Under the pieces are notes generated by a model, which worked only from the letters and a program-made list of their open reading frames with translations, did not search any database and was not told where the DNA came from. This document shows, in pieces, positions 42,500 through 51,731 of a stretch of 64,000 nucleotides of DNA. Positions within the stretch are counted from its first letter, which is position 1, and every line of letters starts with the position of its first letter. A program made the position numbers and the translations under genes. The DNA is from Bigelowiella natans CCMP2755 (Eukaryota > Protista > Cercozoa). The stretch covers positions 63,683-127,682 of the forward strand of contig ADNK01001083.1 of NCBI GenBank assembly GCA_000320545.1, written 5' to 3'.

Positions 42500-43856
42500 T
42501 CATATACCCAGCACTACTACCGTAATATCGTCGCTCTTCCCCCCTCTTATCTTCTTTTCATACTCCTTGCTCGCAGCGACGGCCCAAGGCGTAGGCGCGT
42601 TGGGATTTCGGCTGATTTGAGCCACATTTTCAATTAATTTATCGGCCAAGAGAGCTAAGGACTCCCGGCGCATTTCTTCATTTGTACTAGCGCTACGACT
42701 CGTAGTAGCATCAAATTCATTTATCTTGGCCTCTTCTAAGCAACTTTGCAGCATTTCATCGGTGAGATTATCCCACAAACCATCACTCCCTGCGATGATG
42801 ATGTCTCCAGGGCTGTTGTTGGAGTTTGGTGGGAAAGAGGGGGGGGGGGGGGGGAGAAGGCGAAAATCAGTGGTGTCGTTGTTCGTTTTACTGAATCTGA
42901 CAGAAACGAATAGATACTGCACATCTGGTGCTGTGGAACATGAGAAAGCTGCAACTTAGTCGTACATCAGCTGAAGCTGGCAGGTCAGGGCCTCCTTTGG
43001 GACGCTATTGGCTTGAGGGTGGTGACCGACTTGTAAGGGACAATTAAAGCCTATTTGCTGTGACGGTAGCCGGAAATACAGCTCCTAACAGCAGCACAAT
43101 CAAAACAGACAAGAATGTAAGTATTCTCCATTCCGCAGATGCCCAAGCAAGAACAAGGCGCGGAACTGCAAGAAAGCACTTGATGAGTCAGCCACAAATG
43201 CTACCCAAAATACTCAAATAGACATGAGATTCTGTTCTTCTTTTCCCCCTACCCCACAGGGCATGGGAGTATCCATATTGAATGTATCAAAAGGGATAGT
43301 CGCCACTGAGTGATACCCCTCGTCGCAGCACGACAAAGACGGAATCCCCGATACTAACAGACGTCAATATGCCAGTCTCAAGATCGACAGCACCCGCAAG
43401 CACCTGAGAAGAGAGTACGTACACACGAAAATGTCATCAGCAGGTAAATCGCGACGAATACGGAATGACGCATTCATTTCATATGCCATCTTGCGACTCG
43501 GTTTGTACAGAAAGTCGTCCATCTTTTCACGTACGATGATCTGGTTCCACATTGAGAGTTTTCCTGAATTTCATGCAACACCTTCACTGCTACTATCACG
43601 TTAGCACCGTGCAGCTGCCTTTATATCCCTTTTTAACGGTCCTTTGAACTGCGCCTTCTAAAGCTGCCTTCAACCTGTTTTCATATATTCCCAATGAATT
43701 ACAGCATGAAAAGAGGTGGGTGGGGGGGGGGGGGGGGGGCTTCTCTCATATCGGCAACACTTGTTGATATGATGAGATTATGTAAAGAGCTATATCCTGC
43801 AATGAGGAGAGAAATATTCACAAACAGGAGTCGTCATGCTCGTCTGCGTCCTCGAG

Positions 43857-43890
<34 letters not shown>

Positions 43891-46872
43891 AGGATATGCT
43901 CACAGGGGGAACACCCTCTCAAAAAAGACATATCGGTCTGTTTCCTTCCGTCAATAACTCGAAGCATTTTGTGTCATGCGAATCACAGCTCATCGCTAGC
44001 TTCGCGGTGGAGATGGAATAGCACAGTATTGACGGATATCGGATCACCTGTGTGGCTCGGAAGAGTTGTGTGCTAGAAGTCGGTCTAAGGCGTACGCTCC
44101 AAGCACCTAATAACGCCATCGTGGTTGGTGATGACGATCAACCAAGGGAAAATTCTAGTAAAACCCAGAAAGAGCAGAACTATGCTATGCTATGCATGTG
44201 AAGGAGCCGTCATCCAACGAGGATTCTACTAGGAATGATGACACTATCGCCCTTTTCATTCAAAACGAGGCTCTCTTCATTTCGTATTGCAGCAGCTATC
44301 TAGCAACGAGGCATGTCCAAAATGGCATCGTACGTGTGAGAAGCTGTAATGCCGTGGCGAGACTAGTGCTTCACGCCAAAGATCTACCCCATCAAGAACA
44401 CCGAAGTAGGCCACTCCCTTGCTGCTACTGTCATTGCTTTTGTTGCTTCTAGGATATTCCTGGGATGAATCGACATTATTCGACTTTGGAACATCGATGG
44501 ACGACGATTGCGAGAAACATGCACTGCTGCTACTACTGCTGCTGGCGCTCGCTTCTCGCAGGGGAATAGGACGGGGAAGAAACGTCGAGCCGTTAACCTG
44601 ATGATGAAACCAAACACGTACGAATGTGTTACGCGTGCAATCATTGTGTGTCGTAATGGGGTCCATGACGATGAGCCTGCCTCCTCGTACACGTGCAGGT
44701 ATGCATTATCAATCATCAATGCAGCATCTATCCAACAAATGCTTGTTAAAAAAAATGATAATGCCGCCGCCTCTGCACTCGCAGCAGTGTGCAGTCCACA
44801 GCAACAACACCATCAAATGTTCTCCGCAATGGTCTTCCTCGCTACCACCACCACCACCACCACCACCACCACTACTACTACTACTCCTACTACTATCTTT
44901 TAAAGTACCCGCGCCCAGAAATACACGTCGTCTCCGAAAAATCCCCCATTTTCCCCGATTTCCGAGACTTGAAAATCGCCATTAGGGTTAGCACGGCCTC
45001 GAGCCTCTGCTACGACACTTGCAGGCCAACTTCCATCCGAAAATGCCGATTTAGCCTAATGGAAATTTAAAAAAAAAAAGAGACGTATCAGAATACTGCT
45101 GTCTCTAACCCCTCCGAAAGCAGCAGCAAATCACGTGCTATATGCTCAACGATATGAATCATATACATCGTAGTCATTCGAGCTATTTTGTGATGTCCAG
45201 TGGTATACGAATTCTTGGTGTCTGGGTGTGTGTGTGTATGTGTGTGTGTGTGTGTGCGTGTGCGTCTTGGTTGGCGTTTTGCAAATATGATCCTTGAGGG
45301 TGTAAGTAATAAACCACTCGGGGTTTGACAAGGGGGACCGAAACCTCATCCTTGTGTGATTGATCTAGCTCGCAAATGTATCTGCTTTCTTCTTCTTACG
45401 TATTCTGACCTTCTCGTCGGAGGAAGGGGAATGTCTTATGAGAGACTTTGGAACTAACAGCTGTTGGCCAAAATGCCCGTGATCTACGCGCATTGCCCCA
45501 ATTAGGGTTCCTGGGGGACGCACGTATGGCGTGCCTCCGTAAATTGGTGATGGAAAGGTGGGAGAGGGGGGTATGATGACTGCAGACGGAAAACGTGTTA
45601 GGTTCGGCTTAAAGTTGTCAGGTGTGCGTTGTTTGCTCTTGGAACTGTCCTTGAATGTCGATCGCTCCTCCTTGGGAATTAAGTGTGAGAGGGGATTTCT
45701 TTGGAGGAGAGCCTACACACGAGTTTTATGGCAATTCTCACCGGTGGATGATCGTAGTTTGTAGCTATTATGCAGTTGTAGCATACACTGAAATCGATGC
45801 TTTTCGTTCACTCAAGGCTTCATTCACTGCAGGCGTTTATCAAAATCGACGGGTGCAACGTCCCCAGCTCATATGAAATACTTACTCCCCAGTGGGGATG
45901 TTACTACCTGCAGTTTCTTCTCTGCTGACCCAGGATCGATTCTCCGCATTTTACACTCTTGCCAACTGCCGTCGCATTCATGTGTGCGCAGAAGGTACTC
46001 CTGAAGCGGCCATACCCCTCCAGTATAACCCTCGAGGCTGACCTAGAGGTGTATGTAATTCGAACCACAGATGGAGGGGGGGGCATTCATAATAGCAGCC
46101 GGAGTAGTATTTTAGAAGTATGATCTCAAAGCGATGCATTGCTATTTCGGTGAATATCATTAGTTTGGGAAAGATCGAGTCTTCCCTATTAGATTTGTTC
46201 TTGCTGATAGTCTCTCACCTTGCAGCCTTTGATGAGTGCATCGGGAGGTAGGTCGTTGAAATGTTCTTTTGACCAAGGATGCAAAGTATAATTACTACAT
46301 GTGAAGCCTGACAACGTCATTCTCGCTTTGCAAAAATTATTGTTTATTGCAGGTATTAACATCGTAAGTAAAACACGGATGTGCGTATGCGAGCGTAACA
46401 CATACAGAGAGAGAGAGGGAAAGAGAGAGAGAGAGAGAGAGACGGAAGCACATTCAAACAAAACTAGAATCGTAATATCCACCTAGATTAAAGGTGAACG
46501 TATCATGACTGGGATGCACTCGCGAGGAGACTGCGCCATGAGCGGTGTCGGGGTTAGCCTCGTTATCAGACTCCTCCCCAAGAACGACCGCTTGATCCGT
46601 GCTCATGCTCATTGTCCTATCCTCATCCTCCTCCCCGGTAACGAGCTCCACATGCATTTTACATCCGGAGGGCATGCCGCCAGGCCCTGAAGAACGTTCA
46701 TAATACTCATGCGCGGATGCACGCGGCGCTGCGTCGGAAGTACAATCAATGAAATTAGCAATGCTAAAATAATACCTGGTGTTACGATTAAGCAGGCTTT
46801 CCTCAACCCTTGTGTTGCACAGTCCGTGCTAAATCGCCGGCGGAGCAAGGAGACCACTCCGATCCTCATCAT
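42500..46872 (-). CDS. PTC7: PTC7-type PP2C/SpoIIE-family protein phosphatase with long N-terminal extension
   Basis: FFGDDVYF, YFGVLDGVDLW, SIGDSVFVVLR, QQIGFNCPLQVG, GDIIIAGSDGLWDNL and GGKSDDITVVV. The N-terminus MMRIGVVSLLRRRFST resembles a mitochondrial presequence. The start is inferred. Confidence 0.85.
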
Positions 46873-47362
46873 CCAGAAGAGAAGGTGGGCTCTCCTTCGG
46901 GGGGAGAGGAAGGAGGCAAGAAGACCGTCAGGAGGAAAATCAGAAATGAGGATACTGAACGATGTATTCCGCACATAATTTTGTCCAAAATTGGGATACC
47001 TCAAAAGTACAACGGAAATTCACTTCTAGAATCCATGTATTTGCAACATGCCTGAAACTACCTACGAAAAAGTGAGGGAAATGACATTTTTTCCCTCAGT
47101 TTTTCGGTAATTTTTTGCCATTGTCTTTGGAGATTTGGGCGTTGGCATCGTCTGGAGGACATGCGCTCGTGTCCAGGAACGAACAGGTTCTCTTCGTCTC
47201 TTCGGCAACGGATGAAAAGATTTGCAATGACATGTCATCATCTAGATTATGTGGGAAAATTACGATGTCGCATCCAATAAATGCCATCCAATTTGCATGT
47301 CATCATGAGATAAATGCTCTCCAATTTACACACCAAGTAGATCTAAGAAGCGCTGTGTCACA

Positions 47363-48365
47363 ATGTCGTCTGGCACCTTCCGCAACACCTTCGAAGCAAT
47401 GCACAGCAACGACCTTCCCCATCTGAAGCGTTTGATTTCGGAAAACGCAAACATTGAGGAGTGCGGTTGTGACGGTGGGTAGCAGCCTCGGTATTGACAT
47501 TGTCGTGGCAGTGGGGTGTTGGGTGATTCATGGCACATGCAGTGTTGGTGTTTGGTCAACGTTTAGTTGATGTTAGCAGCAGCAGCTGCGTAGCAGTAGT
47601 TGCAGTGGTAGTTGTTGTAGTAGTAGTAGAAAGTGACATTGACAATGGGCTTGGTGACACTGATGGTGGCAGAAACAGTGAGAAAAAGTGACTTTTCCTT
47701 GGATGTGGGTTGTGAATTGTCCAGCATTGGCAATGAATGCATGATGTTTTCTTCACAAATGAAAATGAGTCGCTTCGCATAGGTGTTGATGTGAGTTGTG
47801 ACAGAACGAGTCATGCACAACTCCAAGATGACATTTCGCCATTTGTTTGGAACATGACATCAATCATCGTCAATGTGCAAAGATGTGGTCATTTTGCTGC
47901 AAGGTGAAACTCCGTTGATCGCTGGTTCCTGTGAGGGTCGTTTTGAGATCGTGAAGTACCTGGTTGACATGAAGGCAAACATTGAGGCGAGAGACAAACA
48001 CGGTGGGTACCAATGCTAGCATTGAGATGCAGTTGTAGAAAATGTCACACAATTCATGACGATTTCAATGCAATGCATTGGGCAACACTGCGTTGGTTTG
48101 GGGTTCGAATGAGGGTCATTTTGAGATCGTAAAGTACCTGGTTGACATGAAGGCAAATGTTGAGGTCAAAAACAGAAATGGTGAGACTCCCTATCACTTG
48201 GCAAGCGATGATGAACTCAAAATCTTCATCAAGCATTGTTGTGTTGAGCGACGGATCCAGGTTTTCAACAGAGACTTGAGGGATTTGTACTTCTTGAGCA
48301 CGGAATTGAAGCGGGGGTTGGGGGCAGAAGTCGTCGCCATCAACTCGAAAAAGCGGAAGCGTTAG
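47363..48365 (+). pseudogene. Short ankyrin-repeat gene, probably broken at the last splice acceptor
   Basis: Exon 47363-47474 (MSSGTFRNTFEAMHSNDLPHLKRLISENANIEECGCD), exon 47904-48002 (GETPLIAGSCEGRFEIVKYLVDMKANIEARDKH), exon 48082-48365 (GNTALVWGSNEGHFEIVKYLVDMKANVEVKNRNGETPYHLA...). The acceptor needed at 48080-48081 reads GG, not AG. Confidence 0.6.
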
Positions 48366-48599
48366 GAGAGAGATCTTTCTTCTTCTTCTTCTTCTTTTTC
48401 TTCTTCTTCTTCTTGATGTTGTTGTTGCTCTTCTTCTTCCTCTCTTCCTACCATCATTGCGACGAATGTGAGCACTACGACTACATCCAGAAGCGCGTAC
48501 TGTCATCACGATGGGGAGGTGACATTCGATGAATTGAGACATGGGACGCCTATCGTCGGGATCGACCACAATCAAACGCTTCACCTAGCGGTAGCAGCA

Positions 48600-49160
48600 G
48601 CAGCAGTGGTGGTGGTGCCATGATCATGCATGTGATGTTGATCAGATGATGATGGTTGGCGGGGGAGGGAGGCGGTTGTCATCATGAGCTCGAAAAAATG
48701 CACATGCAGGCGGAGCAGATGCGCGCCATCACTAGCATCATGCACGCTCACTGCGTGTGCTGCAACCAAGCAAATGGAGACAATTTTGTTTGCTACACAT
48801 GATTTTTGCCCGTGCAGCATCGCAGTTGCAACACAAATGCAACTCTGTCTCTCCATGCAACTGTCTGCTACTAGCTGTGTCTGCATCTAGCTCTCACTAG
48901 TTGTGATGCAGAACTCACCAGTGCATGATGCAGATGGAAACACATGCAACAAGCACGTAGTCGTTTCAAGACAACACATGCCTCCACATGCTAGCTGCAG
49001 CATGCGCATGCAATGATGGCACATGATGCTCATGCACGTGAAATGCACATGCAGATGTTGCAAAGGGACATCTCCACAGACACAAAACTAGACAAGTTGA
49101 GCTGCACGAGACCTTGGGTCCTTCCAAATCTTGTCGCAATCGCCATCTCACTGTTTCCCG
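48600..49160. other. TGCA/CATG/CTAG-dense tract in tail-to-tail spacer
   Basis: For example ACATGCTAGCTGCAGCATGCGCATGCA, CATGCACGTG and CTAGCT repeats. Confidence 0.6.
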
Positions 49161-49163
49161 TCT

Positions 49164-50496
49164 TCAAACATTCAACGAGGCTGTACATGTAGCTAATGTG
49201 ATGCTGAAGATGATGTAACCAACCACAGAGGCGACCTTAATTGAATCTGATTTTGTCATGTAGAACCCTGCAAAAGATATGCCACGAATTCCACGTAGAT
49301 GCTCCAAGCGTTGCATCAAAAGAGTAGCCTCTAATTTTATTGGATCAATTTTTGTAGACACCTCACAATTGATAGCCCTCTCTTTGTGTTCTAAACTCAC
49401 CAATTCTTTCCTATCCTGAATAACGATCCCCTCAGCACAATTTGCGATATGATTCTGTACTCCATCGAAAAAGTTGTCCATGTAGTAGCCGGGTACGAAG
49501 GATGTCACAACTACAACCATGTAAGACACGATAGCGACGAACATCATCCAAGCCGAAAATGCTTTCATTGCCGATGGGATGACATCATTAGTGATGACAG
49601 CAAGAAATATGCCCATGTGGGCTGTACCTATGGTGACTGTGCACATGCAACGCGACTGGTGATTGAACATCCACTCATCTGAAATTTCGGAGCACGTTTC
49701 GAGCAATGATGGAAGAGTCTTTCCATTAGGAAGATTAATTGCATTGCGTGGTCGCTGACAGTAGCACTTATTTAAATGATGCTTTAACGCCTTTGACATT
49801 GCCCAATTTTGCCAGATCCATGTTCCGCAAAGGTGAAAAGTCTGTGCATGCTATGATGTTAGAGATTGAACAAATTAAATATCCGATAAAAGTAGTTTTT
49901 GGGTGCAAGTAAAGTGTTCTCCCCTGAAATCATACGAATTTTCTTAGGACCTGAATGAAGCTGTATGCCAGGCCAATGGAACCCACTGCGTACATTCAGA
50001 AGCTAAGTTCTTCGGTAAAAGTAACACAAAGGTTCATTCCAGGCCAAACAGTGAACAAGCCAATTGCGAGAAAGACCATGGATTTTTCTTGAATACGCAG
50101 AGGACGTTCAATTTCCTCAACACTTAGATTTGTGTTGTTTACTACCCAGTTTTGGAACGTCTGCAGCTTCTGTGTCTTAATTAGCCAGCTGCCGAAGTAT
50201 GTGTTGCAGAAAAGTTGTACAATTGGACTTACGAAGGTAAGTATGGCCCATATTTTAACCAAGAGTACATTTTCAACATCAACAATAACCGTAAAAGATC
50301 CAACTACACCGAAACAAGCCAAAGCAATAGCCACAGCAGGGAAAAGCAGGGCACATCGGGTCCTAGTGTCCCCAAGCAAGAAGGTTGCGGTCCATCTCGA
50401 TCTGCACAAACTCCTACAAGATGAACCCAGCTTCTCTGAGTCCATCTCTCTCCCCTTTGCCTCACTGGTGTCTGCTTCGACCAGTAGCTGGTGCAT
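49164..50496 (-). pseudogene. Gustatory-receptor-like (7TM ion channel superfamily) gene, two exons, interrupted by one in-frame TGA at 49998-49996
   Basis: Exon 50496-49951, a GT-AG intron at 49950-49851, exon 49850-49164; about 410 codons with seven or more hydrophobic segments. There is a long helical loop after TM4, and the C-terminus LRGIRGISFAGFYMTKSDSIKVASVVGYIIFSITLA matches the GR TM7a/7b pattern. Family call is by eye. Confidence 0.65.
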
Positions 50497-50823
50497 TCTA
50501 CAAGTACCCCATCCATCTAACAGTAGATGTTCAGAATGTCGACGTGCACGTTTCCGAAGGCCCCAATTGCATCGCCCTGTCCATCCCCCCCCAAATTAGC
50601 AACAGCTAGATGGGCGCATTGATCAATTTCATTCACTCGCGTGATGATGCACGTTGTGATGAATGATGTCTGGCGATGCGATGCAAGTGTGTCTGGATGG
50701 CGCGTGCTGGCTAGCTGGGGCGTCGTGCGTGAAAACGTGATTTCACATTGCGTTGTCACTTGTCACGTCGTGCGCAGTCCGACGTGAACCAGGTGAAGGG
50801 TTCACCTTTGCAACATGGAGAGT

Positions 50824-50903
50824 GGCTCGTTAGCTCAACTGGTCAAGTGGCTCCACGCTAGCACGTGTTGTGGAGTCTTCGGTTCGTGCTGCGACTGAAC
50901 GTC
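50824..50903 (+). other. Degenerate tRNA-like sequence (tRNA pseudogene or SINE head)
   Basis: GGCTCGT-TAGCTCAACTGG resembles an A box and GGTTCG resembles a decayed B box/T loop. CACG-CTAGCA-CGTG forms an anticodon-like hairpin. The acceptor and T stems are imperfect. Confidence 0.35.
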
Positions 50904-51731
50904 AGCGATTGTTGACAGCTGGACCGTGCTCTGGTCAAGTCAGCAAGCTGACGGAGCCATGCTTGTGGCAAGCAAGGCGCGAGGATTTCGTGTGGGTGAT
51001 GACGAACAACGATGGTGACCAAACGATGCGAGGTGCTGATCGCTGCGTCTGGTCCAGTGGTCGTGGTGGTTCATGCCAGCATGTCTGGATGCCAGCATGG
51101 CCAGATGGCTGCCAGACTGGCTTCATCTGTGATGGACACAGCTAGACAGCAACACCATGCACACAACATCCGCCCCATTCTTGAAGACGGTTGTTCGCAC
51201 ACTGTGGACAAGCACTTGAGGTTCGTGGTCGCAAAACTCAATCCGGTGAGATTTGGGGGCAAACCACAGGAAGCACTTGGAAAATGCACGAGAAATCCGA
51301 AAGGTTGAAGCAATCATTGGCGATGAGTGAGGCGCACACTGCAGCTAGAATTCAAGATGTGGCGACGATGGCGCGATGCTCTGCTGCAGATTTTTGCCAT
51401 GTCGTTTTCAACAAAGACTGTTTTCACAGAAGACGTGTGACGTGCCTTTGATTTTCATCATGTCAATTGTGTCATTTCAGCAAATTAGTTCAGCAGTAGG
51501 TCGTTAGTAGGCAAATTTTCATGTTGCGCATTTTCGCAATTTTTCCTGCTGCCGATGGTGGGGAAATGAAATGTTGGGCATGTGAGCATGGTTCATGCTC
51601 AGCAGCACCTGTTGCATCTGCGGCGATCATGCTAGCCAAGCTTTTAAATGACCATTCAATAATATCTTTTGCATTATTAGGGAAGGTTAGTTAATTTGTT
51701 ATAATTGGAACAGGCCCTGTCAAAGGAAAAC

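Noticed and set aside
44978-44992. TTAGGGTTAG telomere-like word
   Set aside because: Fewer than two units; expected by chance.
48054-48584. 176-aa minus-strand ORF
   Set aside because: Antisense to the ankyrin exon plus a (CTT)n repeat read as poly-Arg.
49996-49998. Alternative genetic code (TGA = Trp) as the explanation for the GR-like stop
   Set aside because: Other genes in the window use TGG for conserved Trp (VPVFW, GNHRDAW, RPTGW) and have no internal TGA.
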